From contig JAEEQX010000003.1 of the NCBI GenBank assembly GCA_016285575.1, forward strand, positions 781-64,780: a DNA stretch of 64,000 bases, written 5' to 3'. The notes under the pieces are model-generated. The model saw only the letters and a list, made by a program, of their open reading frames with translations, made no database searches and had not been told where the DNA came from. This document shows, in pieces, positions 9,993 to 20,186 of this stretch. Every line of letters begins with the position of its first letter. The first letter of the stretch is position 1. Both the position numbers and the translations under genes were made by a program. This DNA comes from Lachnospiraceae bacterium (GTDB taxonomy: Bacteria > Bacillota > Clostridia > Lachnospirales > Lachnospiraceae).

Positions 9993-10355
9993 TTATTTAT
10001 ATTTCTTTTTAATAGCCTTGAATGTCTCATCAGAGATAACATGTTCTATTCTGCAGGCATCTTCGGACGCGGTCTTCTCACTCACCCCAAAGTCTATAAG
10101 CATCTTGGTAAGATAAGTATGCTTTTCATATGTCTTCTTAGCTATCTTGCCACCTGCTTCGGTGAAATCAATATATCCGTTAGCATCAACTGTAACATAG
10201 CCTTCCTTCTTAAGGTTAGCTAAAGCAATACTTACGCTGGGCTTGGAGTAATTCATCTCCTTAACAATATCTATAGCTCTAACGTGCTCTAATCCTCGTT
10301 TCTTTAATACAAGTATTGTTTCGAGATACATCTCGCCTGATTCATATATAGCCAT
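9993..10355 (-). CDS. DtxR/MntR-family metal-dependent regulator, copy 1
   Basis: EMYLETI, SKPSVS recognition helix, KH, EDACRIEH; start at ATG 10355 after SD AGGGGG. Confidence 0.92.
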   Translation of the reverse strand: MAIYESGEMYLETILVLKKRGLEHVRAIDIVKEMNYSKPSVSIALANLKKEGYVTVDANGYIDFTEAGGKIAKKTYEKHTYLTKMLIDFGVSEKTASEDACRIEHVISDETFKAIKKKYK

Positions 10356-10459
10356 ATTTATCCCCCTGTGGTCACATATTTTCAATTCACTTTATATATT
10401 ATAAGACCGCTTCGTTAGAAAAACAATACAGAAGTTAGACTAATCGAACTGGCGGAGAA

Positions 10460-11998
10460 CTATACTTTTTCTAAACTGACAGCTCTACCCTTTTCAATAA
10501 ACAGCGTATGATCACAACATGTTTCTATCAATTCCGAATCATGTGTTGATACCAATACTGTTTTCCCCATTGATGCAAGTTCCTTGAGCAATTCTCCGAC
10601 TTTTTCCATATGCGAATAATCAAGACCTGATGTCGGCTCATCAAAAAGTAAAAGATTGGCTCCTGCAGCCATTGCAGATGCTATTGCTACTCTCTGTTTC
10701 TGTCCTCCGGATAAAGCCATCGGATGCTGATCTTTATAATCTAGCAGACCTAACGAATTAAGAATATCCAAGCATATCTCTTCACTTAAGTCTTTATTTG
10801 AAAGCATAACTTCTGCTTTGACACTGTCAGTAAAAAGCTGATGATTGACATCCTGCATAACCATATAAGACAGATTGATGCGTTGCGAACCCTTATATTC
10901 CTTACCATCTATTTCTATGGTGCCCTTACAATTGCTTTCAAGACCGCATAAGCAACGAAGAAAAGTCGATTTTCCAGTACCATTATGTCCGATTACTCCA
11001 ATAACCTTACCCTTGGGTAATCTTAATTCCGGTATATTAAGCTGTAAGAATGAGCCATCGCTTTCCTTAAACTTCTTCTTAAAAAAGACATACGTCTTAT
11101 TAGTATATGAAAAATAGAAGTCTCGTAAAATAACTGAATCTTTATCTTCTAAACCTAAACCAATATTTGCATTATTATCAATCGAATCACTGTTCTTATC
11201 TTCACTCAAAAGATGGAAATAATCAGTTCTGATATTAAGAGGACGAAGCTTATAGTATTCAATCTCTTCTTTAGGAAGGTTATTGAATTCTTCTTTAGTC
11301 CACTCATGAGAAATATGGCCATTCTTTACATACAATACTCTATCAACCAAGTCTTTTACATACCATAGTCTATGCTCTGAGATGATAATCGTTTTGCCTT
11401 CATTCTTCCACCCGATAATGATATCCCTAAGATTCTCTATTGCATCAATATCAAGATTGGATGATGGTTCATCAAGTAAGATAATCTCAGGAAGCAGCGC
11501 TGCAACTGAAGCACATGCTATACGCTGTTTTTCGCCACCCGACAGATCAAAAAGACTTCTTTCCAAAAGATTCTCGATATTCATCTTTTGAACTATATCT
11601 TCTTTTCGCTTCTTAATCTCTGATGGTTCAAGTCCTATATTTTCAGGTCCAAAAACAATCTCTCCATCAGTATCTACTGAAAAAAACTGGCTTCTTGGGT
11701 TTTGAAATACAGTTCCTACGATACCTGCCAGATCATATAACTCTGTCTTGGAAATATCTTTTCCCGCAACAGTTACTTCTCCTGTCATCTCACCCTTATA
11801 GTAATGAGGTACCAGGCCATTAATCAGTCTTATCAGAGATGTCTTACCGGAGCCGGAAGCTCCACATAAGAGTAATGTTTCTCCTTTTTTTATATTTAAA
11901 GAAACCTTTTTCAGAGACTCACTTTCTGCTCCCTTATATTGTTGGCATACCTTATTAATCGATATTATATTGTCATTATTCGTTAACGTATTATCCAT
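10460..11998 (-). CDS. ECF-type ABC ATPase with duplicated NBDs
   Basis: GASGSGKT / LSGGEKQ and GHNGTGKS / LSGGQKQ; FQNPRSQFF. Confidence 0.92.
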   Translation of the reverse strand: MDNTLTNNDNIISINKVCQQYKGAESESLKKVSLNIKKGETLLLCGASGSGKTSLIRLINGLVPHYYKGEMTGEVTVAGKDISKTELYDLAGIVGTVFQNPRSQFFSVDTDGEIVFGPENIGLEPSEIKKRKEDIVQKMNIENLLERSLFDLSGGEKQRIACASVAALLPEIILLDEPSSNLDIDAIENLRDIIIGWKNEGKTIIISEHRLWYVKDLVDRVLYVKNGHISHEWTKEEFNNLPKEEIEYYKLRPLNIRTDYFHLLSEDKNSDSIDNNANIGLGLEDKDSVILRDFYFSYTNKTYVFFKKKFKESDGSFLQLNIPELRLPKGKVIGVIGHNGTGKSTFLRCLCGLESNCKGTIEIDGKEYKGSQRINLSYMVMQDVNHQLFTDSVKAEVMLSNKDLSEEICLDILNSLGLLDYKDQHPMALSGGQKQRVAIASAMAAGANLLLFDEPTSGLDYSHMEKVGELLKELASMGKTVLVSTHDSELIETCCDHTLFIEKGRAVSLEKV

Positions 11999-11999
11999 T

Positions 12000-12704
12000 T
12001 TATTTCATAAAGTATTTGTTATAGATAAACACAGCAAGTACAGCAGTAAATGCAATGATCAATAAATAATCCTGAACCTTGAATTTTAAATCCACAATGC
12101 TGCTTCTTTTTACCTTGCCTCCAAGGCCTCTTGTCACAGCTGCAGCTGATAATTCATCGCCTATATTCACACATGAAAACAGTAAGGGAATCATTCTGAA
12201 TTCCATCATCTTGACCGCATTGCCGCCACCGAATCTGATTCCACGCATTTTCATGGCATCACTTATCGCAGCATATTCCTCTTTTATCGTAGGGAAAAAT
12301 CTCATTACAACAGCCAGAGATATCGTGATACCATCAGGCACATGCATCTTTTGCATACTAGATACGAACTCATCGATTTTAGTAGTTTTAACAACATACC
12401 AAGCAGTAATCATGGCAGGAGCAAACTGAACTATAATCGCACAATAGCCAACCAGAAATGCCATAAAGATTCCTTTTGAATCTTCAGTGATACATGTAAA
12501 TGTTAAAACGAGCGCAACGGCGTAAAGAAAGAGGAATCTAATTGCGGATGCATAACGCTTATTACACATCAGAAGGATGATTGGTATCACTGTCATTAAT
12601 ATTCTTACCGCCCATAAAAAAGGTGTCGTTGCGCTCATCATAACCACAGCTGAAACGATGAATATCATATATAGTTTTGTTCTTGGATCAAGCTTGATTT
12701 TCAC
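12000..12704 (-). CDS. ECF transmembrane component T
   Basis: LDPRTK start, VVMRFFPT, AMKMRG, AAVTRG motifs. Confidence 0.9.
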   Translation of the reverse strand: MKIKLDPRTKLYMIFIVSAVVMMSATTPFLWAVRILMTVIPIILLMCNKRYASAIRFLFLYAVALVLTFTCITEDSKGIFMAFLVGYCAIIVQFAPAMITAWYVVKTTKIDEFVSSMQKMHVPDGITISLAVVMRFFPTIKEEYAAISDAMKMRGIRFGGGNAVKMMEFRMIPLLFSCVNIGDELSAAAVTRGLGGKVKRSSIVDLKFKVQDYLLIIAFTAVLAVFIYNKYFMK

Positions 12705-13301
12705 TTAGACAATGCCTGCCTTTTCGAAGTGCTTTTTAACAACTGCTTTTCCAAGGAATGCACCAACACATCCAAAAACAAAACAGAGAATGAGAAGAAC
12801 TCCAATTGTCTTAAAATTGATTGCTCTGAAAAGGTTGTCGCAATATTCCTGAGAATATCCGCTTTCCAAGAGTCCCTCTCTATATGACTTGGCCGTAATT
12901 ACTACAGGGAAATAATTTGCACATATCCAGAGACTGAATACGCCATTGCTTAATACTGTTTTCTTAAAGCTCTTATATTTTCCTGACATTGCAATCAAGT
13001 CTGCTAATACACCCGCTCCAATAATCAAAGGAGCACCAAGATATCCCATACCGGTTACAAACATGATTATTGCCATAAGAACTGACATTATTGTAATCAT
13101 TCCGAACTTCTCTACCTTGGTATAAAAGAGCATCATTGGAATACATCCTACAAGAGGAATCATAATTACATATGATGCAACAATATAAGGATGGAAAAAT
13201 CCAAGCATACCGCAGGCAAACTCAACTACAAAAAGAATTGCTGTAAAAATACCAACTGTAATAAAATCCTTTACTTTAAGTTTCTTATCGTTCATTTTCA
13301 A
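12705..13301 (-). CDS. MptD / Trep_Strep-type ECF S component
   Basis: KLKVKDFITVGIFTAI start, KVEKFGMITI, six hydrophobic segments; first gene of an S-T-A operon. Confidence 0.85.
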   Translation of the reverse strand: MKMNDKKLKVKDFITVGIFTAILFVVEFACGMLGFFHPYIVASYVIMIPLVGCIPMMLFYTKVEKFGMITIMSVLMAIIMFVTGMGYLGAPLIIGAGVLADLIAMSGKYKSFKKTVLSNGVFSLWICANYFPVVITAKSYREGLLESGYSQEYCDNLFRAINFKTIGVLLILCFVFGCVGAFLGKAVVKKHFEKAGIV

Positions 13302-13335
13302 CTCCTGATATTTAGTTTATTTTAGTTTAAACTTA

Positions 13336-13433
13336 GTTAGATGCATCTAACCGTGTTTACGATTAAATGGCAGTTAAGGTTAGTCTTCCTTAACTGCCAT
13401 ATCTTTTATATCATATAGTATTTATTTTATCAA
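13336..13433 (-). promoter_or_regulatory. ECF-1 promoter with DtxR-type boxes and a 5' hairpin
   Basis: TTGATA (13433-28), 17 nt, TGn-TATAAA (13410-05); hairpin 13367-13400; GTTAG-ATGCAT-CTAAC 13336-51; GTTAG-TCTTCC-TTAAC 13379-94. Confidence 0.8.
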
Positions 13434-13459
13434 CTAAAAATGTACCAAAAATATAACAT

Positions 13460-15199
13460 TTATACAGCCAATTTCCAGGAAATTGCTTCCTTACGTTCAT
13501 TAACGAAGTCTTTATATAATCCATCCTTGGCCATAAGTTCTTCATGTGTGCCCTTATCTATAATCTTACCATCAGATACAACCAAGATTTGATCAGCATG
13601 TCTGACAGTTTTTAATCTGTGTGCAATCATAATAATGGTCTTTTCTTTAGTAAGTTCTTTGATTGCTTCTGTAATCTCTGCTTCGTTTTCAGGGTCCACA
13701 TTTGCTGTGGCTTCATCAAGAATGATTATAGGAGAATCCTTCATGATAGCTCTTGCAATTGAAATACGCTGTTTTTCGCCTCCTGACAAAGACGCTCCTC
13801 CCTCTCCGATAATAGTTTCATACCCATTAGGAAGAGTCATAATAAAGTCATGACATCTTGCTTTCTTAGCCGCTTCGATAACCTGATCCATTGAAGCATC
13901 GGGATTACCAAATCTTATATTATTGGCAATAGTATCTTCAAAAAGATACACTCTCTGGAATACGAAACTGAAGTTTTTCATAAGCGAATCGAAACTGTAT
14001 TCCTTGACGTTCTTGCCGTCCAATAAAACCTCACCCGAATTTACATCCCAGAATCTTGCCAAAAGATTAGTTAATGTTGTTTTTCCGCCACCGGAAGGTC
14101 CTACGATAGCTGTGGTTGTCTTTTCAGGTATCACTACTGATACATCATCAATAATGGTTTTTTCCTCATATGAGAAAGATATATTTTTCATTTCGAGATT
14201 CGAGCTTTGGGGCTCAATATCTTCTCCATCAATATCCATAGGTTTGAGCTTTAATACCTCGTCCGCTTTTGAAACAACAATATTTACTGTTCTCATAAGT
14301 GCAGAGAAAGAACCCATCATATCAAGACTTTCATATACCATAAACGAAGAAATAATCATAAGTATTGCATACAAAAGCGACATAGAACCATTAAGGTAAA
14401 ATACAATAGACGCCAAACACATCAATACACCTGTAAGCTTTGTGGTAATTCCCTGTAATGTCATATAAGGAACTACAGCAAACTCAAGTTTAGTATCAGC
14501 ATTTTGCTTTTCAACAATCGCATTCTCAAGTTTTACTGCTGTCTTATCTGTAAGATTAAAATTCTTTACTTCTGCAATGCCAAGCACGTATTCGATTACT
14601 GCCACAACCAAGTTTTCATCGGCCTTATCTTTTCTGGGCGCAACAGGTTTTGTCGCGTTTTGCATAAAAGTATTGAAAACAGAGAAAACTATTATACCAA
14701 GCAGGAGAATCATAGCGATTCTAATATCAAAAATCAGGAGAAAAAGAAATATAACAAACGTCGTTATGATTCCCTGCGTCGATATCATGACAATTCTTGT
14801 TGCAACATCTGCAAGCATTTCCATAGTGTTAGTTGTTATGTTGGTAATCTTTCCGAGACTGTTTTTATTAAAATATCCCATAGGAAGATATCTTAAGTGT
14901 TCTGCAATTTCCATTCTCTTGGAACTGCATGTGTTGTATCCGGCCTCAGTCTGAAGCATCGTTGTTTTTAGTCCTATAAGTATCTGACCAAGTATTGATA
15001 CTCCCATTATCGCAATTGCCATCCATATATTGGTCATACTCATGTTCTTTTCAAGTAATCCTCTTAAAATGATAGCGATCGCAGGAATACGAAGTGTAGC
15101 AAACATTGACTTGAAAACTCCGAGTATCATCGCAGTTAAGAGTTTCTTTCTATTGGTTTTATCACAAAAATCAAAATACAATTTTAAAGTCTTAAACAT
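13460..15199 (-). CDS. ABC transporter permease/ATPase, IrtB/YbtQ-like subunit (pair 1)
   Basis: TMD + NBD (GPSGGGKT, LSGGEKQR, ILDEAT, AHRL); TAATG coupling to the upstream gene puts the start at 15199. Confidence 0.88.
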   Translation of the reverse strand: MFKTLKLYFDFCDKTNRKKLLTAMILGVFKSMFATLRIPAIAIILRGLLEKNMSMTNIWMAIAIMGVSILGQILIGLKTTMLQTEAGYNTCSSKRMEIAEHLRYLPMGYFNKNSLGKITNITTNTMEMLADVATRIVMISTQGIITTFVIFLFLLIFDIRIAMILLLGIIVFSVFNTFMQNATKPVAPRKDKADENLVVAVIEYVLGIAEVKNFNLTDKTAVKLENAIVEKQNADTKLEFAVVPYMTLQGITTKLTGVLMCLASIVFYLNGSMSLLYAILMIISSFMVYESLDMMGSFSALMRTVNIVVSKADEVLKLKPMDIDGEDIEPQSSNLEMKNISFSYEEKTIIDDVSVVIPEKTTTAIVGPSGGGKTTLTNLLARFWDVNSGEVLLDGKNVKEYSFDSLMKNFSFVFQRVYLFEDTIANNIRFGNPDASMDQVIEAAKKARCHDFIMTLPNGYETIIGEGGASLSGGEKQRISIARAIMKDSPIIILDEATANVDPENEAEITEAIKELTKEKTIIMIAHRLKTVRHADQILVVSDGKIIDKGTHEELMAKDGLYKDFVNERKEAISWKLAV

Positions 15200-16953
15200 T
15201 ATGCCACCTCCGAATCCTTCGAAGAAATGTGTGCTTCCCACATCTCTTTGTATAAGGATGATTCTTTCAATAATTCTTCCTGTGTTCCAACGGCTTCTAT
15301 ATTGCCATCGTTAACCACGATTATTTGGTCGGCAGACACTATAGTTGAAAGTCTATGTGCTATAACAATCAATGTCTTACCCTGTACTAGTTTAGCAACT
15401 GATTTTTGAATAATTGCTTCATTTTCAGGATCTGTATAAGCTGTTGCTTCATCAAGAATAACAATCGGTGCATCTTTAAGCATAGCTCTTGCAATACTGA
15501 TTCGCTGTCTTTCACCACCTGAGAGATGACCACCGGCGCCTCCGGCCAATGTATCATAACTGTTTTCAAGATTAGTAATAAACTCATGGCATCCACATGC
15601 TTTGGCTGCATTGACTACATCATCATCAGAAGCGGAAGGATTGCCCATTCGAATGTTTTCCATAATTGTCTCATCGAATAAGTAGTTATCCTGTGATACA
15701 TAAGCTATATACTTGTTGTAATCTTCTAAAGGAATATCCTTAATGTTAATTCCGCCATAAGTAATCTCGCCTTCATCAACATCCCAAAATGAAGCAATCA
15801 GCTTTGCAATAGTTGATTTACCTGATCCTGAAGGACCGACTAGAGCATTAACGCTACCCTCTTTTATCTTAAGATTAATTCCGTGTAGAACCTCTTTATC
15901 CTTATATCCAAAATGAACATTTTTGAACTCGATATTATTGTCAACAGGTAATTCCTTGGCTGTCTTAGGACGAATCAATTCTCTTTTATTAAGAATAGAT
16001 GTAGCCTCGTTAATGATTGCACCTGTTTTTGATAATTCATCCATATGTCCGGCAATAATCATAAAAGGAGCAATAAGTCCAAGTGATAATATAATCAACA
16101 TAAGCGCATCAGATGCTTCGATACGACCGGTCATATAAAGCCAACCGGTAAAAGGAAGTAAAGAGATTAAAAAGCTCGGCATTATCGACATCGCAAGATT
16201 CTGCCATACATTACATCTTCTCATCCATTCAATAAAACAATCAGCACCCTCTTTTGCAGCTACAACTAATTTTTCGTACGAAGTTTTTGATTTACCAAAA
16301 GCCTTGATTACTTCAATACCGTTAATATATTCAACCGCTGTGTCATTAAGTGCCTTGGTCTTAATCATTGTATTCTCAAAACTTTCCTTCGCACCTACCA
16401 TCATAAGAGAATAAAAGATTCCACCCACAGGTACACATATCATAGCCAATAAAGTTAGTTTCCAGTTGATTATAAGCATTATAACGAACACGCCTACAGG
16501 TACGATTGCGTTAGATATAAGCTCCGGCACTATATGCGCTAAGGTTGTCTCTACCGAATCAACTCTCTCAACAATGATATTTTTAAGTGATCCTGAAGAA
16601 TCATCCAATACATCTCCAAGAGGCATAAGGCTTAACTTCTTGGTCAAATTTCTACGTATCTGTGCCAATACTCCGAATGTAGCCTTGTGAGATGCTGTAG
16701 TCGAAAAAGCATGAAACAACTTATTTATAATCCAGCATATACATATTAATCCGCACTGAATCAAATAATACTTCATATCTGCGTTGCCCTCGATAAGCGC
16801 TGCAACTATTCTGGCTACAAAGAAATAAGGAACGAATCCTGCAGCTACACTGATAATCGCGAATATAACACTGAACACATAGGATGGAGCATCCATCTTG
16901 GTGAATTCAAGAACCCACGATATCATTGACTTGTTTTTTGTCTTTTTGTCCAT
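15199..16953 (-). CDS. ABC transporter permease/ATPase, IrtA/YbtP-like subunit (pair 1)
   Basis: SHKATF, ETTLAHIVPE, GPSGSGKS, LSGGERQR. Confidence 0.88.
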   Translation of the reverse strand: MDKKTKNKSMISWVLEFTKMDAPSYVFSVIFAIISVAAGFVPYFFVARIVAALIEGNADMKYYLIQCGLICICWIINKLFHAFSTTASHKATFGVLAQIRRNLTKKLSLMPLGDVLDDSSGSLKNIIVERVDSVETTLAHIVPELISNAIVPVGVFVIMLIINWKLTLLAMICVPVGGIFYSLMMVGAKESFENTMIKTKALNDTAVEYINGIEVIKAFGKSKTSYEKLVVAAKEGADCFIEWMRRCNVWQNLAMSIMPSFLISLLPFTGWLYMTGRIEASDALMLIILSLGLIAPFMIIAGHMDELSKTGAIINEATSILNKRELIRPKTAKELPVDNNIEFKNVHFGYKDKEVLHGINLKIKEGSVNALVGPSGSGKSTIAKLIASFWDVDEGEITYGGINIKDIPLEDYNKYIAYVSQDNYLFDETIMENIRMGNPSASDDDVVNAAKACGCHEFITNLENSYDTLAGGAGGHLSGGERQRISIARAMLKDAPIVILDEATAYTDPENEAIIQKSVAKLVQGKTLIVIAHRLSTIVSADQIIVVNDGNIEAVGTQEELLKESSLYKEMWEAHISSKDSEVA

Positions 16954-16966
16954 TTACATCCTCCTT

Positions 16967-16986
16967 GAGTTAGTTTAGTCTAACTC
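16967..16986. promoter_or_regulatory. DtxR-type box upstream of ABC pair 1
   Basis: GAGTTAG-TTTAGT-CTAACTC, directly upstream of the SD. Confidence 0.8.
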
Positions 16987-16995
16987 TATTATTTT

Positions 16996-17027
16996 AATAA
17001 AATGCAACACTAAGGTTGCGTTTTATT
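16996..17027. other. Inverted repeat (terminator of tetR-1, or an operator)
   Basis: AATAAAATGCAAC-ACTAAG-GTTGCGTTTTATT. Confidence 0.5.
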
Positions 17028-17055
17028 TTTGATACTTGTTTAATTTACCGTAATG

Positions 17056-17676
17056 CTATTCTGCGAGGCCGAAGATTCTCTTCCATCCTGCAACACAATA
17101 TTCATCCAATCTTTTTGCATACGCGATGGCTTCTTTTTTAGAGAAATCATGTACCACTGTTTCAAAAATGGCATTGATATTGGAAGTTACAAAAAGATGT
17201 AATTCTTTTTTGGGAATTGGATTAGTCTTGATTCCGTTTTCTTTGAGTTTCTCAATATACTCAATAGTCGCTTTTTCCTCCATACTTGCAAGTTCATGTA
17301 TGAAATTTTCATATGCAGTACCTTGAGATTTGCATACTAACAATTTAAAAGCATTGTAATTATCATAGATATATTTTGTAACCCAGACAGTCTCCTCGTC
17401 GCCTTCCCATATATCTTCCGCCGTCTTATTCTTAATATCTGCGTATTCTTTATCAAGTATTTGATTGTACTTTTCTTTTAATCCGTTATACGCAGGCTCA
17501 ACCAACGAAGCAAACATATCTTCCTTGCTGGAAAAATGTTTATATAGACCCGATGCACTCATCTGGCAATTACTCGCTATCCTTCTCATAGAAGCATCAA
17601 CGAAGCCATATGTCATAAACTCTTCATAAGCTGCATCTACTATTTTTTCATGATTCTCAGATTTATCTCTTGGCAT
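17056..17676 (-). CDS. TetR/AcrR-family regulator 1
   Basis: MPRDK start, ASMRRIA..MSASGLYKHFSSKEDMF HTH. Confidence 0.92.
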   Translation of the reverse strand: MPRDKSENHEKIVDAAYEEFMTYGFVDASMRRIASNCQMSASGLYKHFSSKEDMFASLVEPAYNGLKEKYNQILDKEYADIKNKTAEDIWEGDEETVWVTKYIYDNYNAFKLLVCKSQGTAYENFIHELASMEEKATIEYIEKLKENGIKTNPIPKKELHLFVTSNINAIFETVVHDFSKKEAIAYAKRLDEYCVAGWKRIFGLAE

Positions 17677-17687
17677 AAATACCTCTT

Positions 17688-17747
17688 TAGCGAACACTGT
17701 ACTCTTAAAACCTTTTATAGAATACACTGTTCGCTAACGCTTGTCAA
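17688..17747 (-). promoter_or_regulatory. tetR-1 promoter with two pseudo-palindromic operators
   Basis: TTGACA 17747-42, 17 nt, TATTCT; sites TAGCGAACACTGTACTCTT (17688-706) and TAGAATACACTGTTCGCTA (17718-36). Confidence 0.65.
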
Positions 17748-17795
17748 ACACTATTTTGAATTTTTTTCTATATATTCTTCTGTTTTATGGCATAC

Positions 17796-17828
17796 AAAAA
17801 ATTCTCATCAAAACAGATGAGAATTTTT
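17796..17828 (-). terminator. Intrinsic terminator of the feo-1 operon
   Basis: AAAAATTCTCATC-AAAACA-GATGAGAATTTTT. Confidence 0.75.
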
Positions 17829-17862
17829 CGTTACTGGTACAATATTTATAATATACTTTTAT

Positions 17863-18135
17863 TCAACACTCCTTCAGAACTTCCCACATCGTGCCCATGT
17901 TTTTAAAGCCACCTTCAGGCGCACAGCTTTTACACTTTTGTCCATCCTTGCATCCACCACAAGTAGAGCAATCATGTCCCTGAGCTTCAACGTAGCCTGT
18001 TCTTCTTATTACGCCCATGCGCTCTAAAAAGTCCATATCTCTTTGAACATTCTCTGTGGATTCCCCTAATTCTTCAGCGAGCATTTCTATAGTTCTGGAT
18101 CTTCCGTCTTTTAACAATTCAATTAGTTTTTGCAT
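17863..18135 (-). CDS. feoC: FeoC-like winged-helix protein with Cys cluster
   Basis: wHTH N-terminus plus CSTCGGC-x5-CKSC; directly after feoB. Confidence 0.75.
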   Translation of the reverse strand: MQKLIELLKDGRSRTIEMLAEELGESTENVQRDMDFLERMGVIRRTGYVEAQGHDCSTCGGCKDGQKCKSCAPEGGFKNMGTMWEVLKEC

Positions 18136-18160
18136 AGGACCTTCTCCTAAAAAAACATAT

Positions 18161-20185
18161 TTAGAAAATCAATAATCCAAGATAATAAGCAGCACCTGCT
18201 AAAAGAAGAGCTACTACTGTATAGTATCCACCAATAATTGCTGTCCATTTTGCAGAGTGTGTTTCCTGATATGTTGCAGCGAGTGCAACGATACAAGGCA
18301 TATTGAATGTCATAGCGAATATTAATGCGAGGCCCTCAGGTCTTGATATATTGGTCAGCATTAATTCATTAAAGTTGCTTGCCTTCTCAGCAGCCATAAG
18401 GGAACCCATTGTAAGTGTGCCTGAATTGGTATAAAGCATACTGAGAACTCCAAGTGCGCCCTCCTTACCAAGTGAAGAAGCGAGGAATGCTAAGAATGAC
18501 TGCCAGCTTAATCCAACAAGCTTTGTTGCAGGCTCTACAAAATGACCGAACTTATAAAGAATACTGTTGGTAATATTTCCATCCTTGGTAAATGACAAAA
18601 GCCAGAAAACAAATGCAACCAAGATTACCACTTTACTAGCTCTTAAGAATGTATCTTTTGTTCTGCCGAATACGTAACGTAGAAGTGCACCCCATCTGGG
18701 CTTATGATAAGGAGGAAGTTCCATTATCATACCGTATCTTTCTTCGGGCTTTACAAGGAAACGTCCAAAAATAAATCCTGTAACACAGATATGAAGAATC
18801 ATAACGATTAAAATTGCCAAGATAACCACAGGCGCCCATGCTCCAAAGAATATTGTTGAAAGCAAGGGAATAACAGCCCATGCAGCTCCACAAGGTATAG
18901 CCCAAGAAAGAGCAATTGTTAATACCTTCTGTCCCCAGTTATCAATAACTCTGGTACCTGCAGCACCACCCATGGTACAACCGAAACTTATAAGGAAAGG
19001 CATTACACTCTTACCCTGAAGGCCAAACTTGCTCATAGAGTTATCAAACACATATGAAACTCTCGCCATCAAACCTATCTCTTCAAGTAGGCCAAACACT
19101 AAAGTAACACCAAATACGAATCCTAACATCTGCACAACAAATGATATACATCTAATAAAAATATCGCATAGCAGTGAAGAAACTATCGATGGACAACCTA
19201 TTCCATCAAGAATTGCTATCAAAGGATCGGGTATCTTAGCTATAGCCTGTCCTATACCCATAAAAGGAAGTGCCGGAATGAATGATGCAATCAATCCGCC
19301 AAAGATTATTGCAATAACAACAATCTTACCCCAGAATCTATGGGTGATTACTCTGTCAAACTTTCCAAGTGTTGCAGATTTCTTTTCGCTCTTTACTGCT
19401 CCATCAAGCAATTCATCAATCCAAGCAAATTTTCTTTCGCCTGCTATAACAACACCGTTTTTAATGCCGGCAATTATATTTTCAAAAGTTTTGGCATTAT
19501 CTCCCGAAAGAACTCCCTTTATCTTAGCTATTACAGGAGCATCTCCTTCTATAGCCTTGATAGTAAGCCATGTGCTAGAGTAGCCTGGAATAATATTCTC
19601 AGGTATTATCTCTTTTAATCTGCTGTATGCTTCTATTCCTGCATACTTTTCTTCGAGAGCGCTGTAGTCAAGTGTAGACTGTTTAATCAATGCTCTGTTA
19701 AGTGCTGTATAAAAGCCATCATAAGATTTCTTGTCAGGCGCAGAGAAAGGAACTACAGGAATACCAAGCTTCTTCTCAAGTGCCTTGGCATCAATTGTCT
19801 TTCCTTGAAGTTCTGCAACATCACTCATGTTAAGTAATAAGAAACAGGGAACTGTAATACCAGCATAATCAGCAAGCATATATAAGCTTCTGCTAAGCTG
19901 TGAACTATCAGCCAAGATACATACAACGTCAGCCTTTCCCGATGCAATGTAATCTCTCGTAATCATCTCCTCATCGGAGTTTGCAGATAAACTGTAAGTT
20001 CCGGGAAGATCGGCTACTACATATTTCTTATCATCATGTTTAAATGAACCCTCTTTTTTCTCTACAGTCTTACCTGGCCAGTTACCTACATGCTGACGCA
20101 TACCGGTAAGAGCATTAAAAAGTGTTGATTTACCCGAGTTGGGCTGACCCAAGAGGGCTATTACGTATTCATTATCAGCTGTCAT
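18161..20185 (-). CDS. feoB: Ferrous iron transporter FeoB, copy 1
   Basis: GQPNSGKS, GNWPGKTVE, DLPG, NMSD, PFLISFGC, MELPPYH. Confidence 0.95.
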   Translation of the reverse strand: MTADNEYVIALLGQPNSGKSTLFNALTGMRQHVGNWPGKTVEKKEGSFKHDDKKYVVADLPGTYSLSANSDEEMITRDYIASGKADVVCILADSSQLSRSLYMLADYAGITVPCFLLLNMSDVAELQGKTIDAKALEKKLGIPVVPFSAPDKKSYDGFYTALNRALIKQSTLDYSALEEKYAGIEAYSRLKEIIPENIIPGYSSTWLTIKAIEGDAPVIAKIKGVLSGDNAKTFENIIAGIKNGVVIAGERKFAWIDELLDGAVKSEKKSATLGKFDRVITHRFWGKIVVIAIIFGGLIASFIPALPFMGIGQAIAKIPDPLIAILDGIGCPSIVSSLLCDIFIRCISFVVQMLGFVFGVTLVFGLLEEIGLMARVSYVFDNSMSKFGLQGKSVMPFLISFGCTMGGAAGTRVIDNWGQKVLTIALSWAIPCGAAWAVIPLLSTIFFGAWAPVVILAILIVMILHICVTGFIFGRFLVKPEERYGMIMELPPYHKPRWGALLRYVFGRTKDTFLRASKVVILVAFVFWLLSFTKDGNITNSILYKFGHFVEPATKLVGLSWQSFLAFLASSLGKEGALGVLSMLYTNSGTLTMGSLMAAEKASNFNELMLTNISRPEGLALIFAMTFNMPCIVALAATYQETHSAKWTAIIGGYYTVVALLLAGAAYYLGLLIF

Positions 20186-20186
20186 C

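Noticed and set aside
13302-13459. Cobalamin or other vitamin riboswitch before the ECF modules
   Set aside because: The leaders are about 100 nt or less and are accounted for by hairpin, boxes and SD; no B12-box was seen
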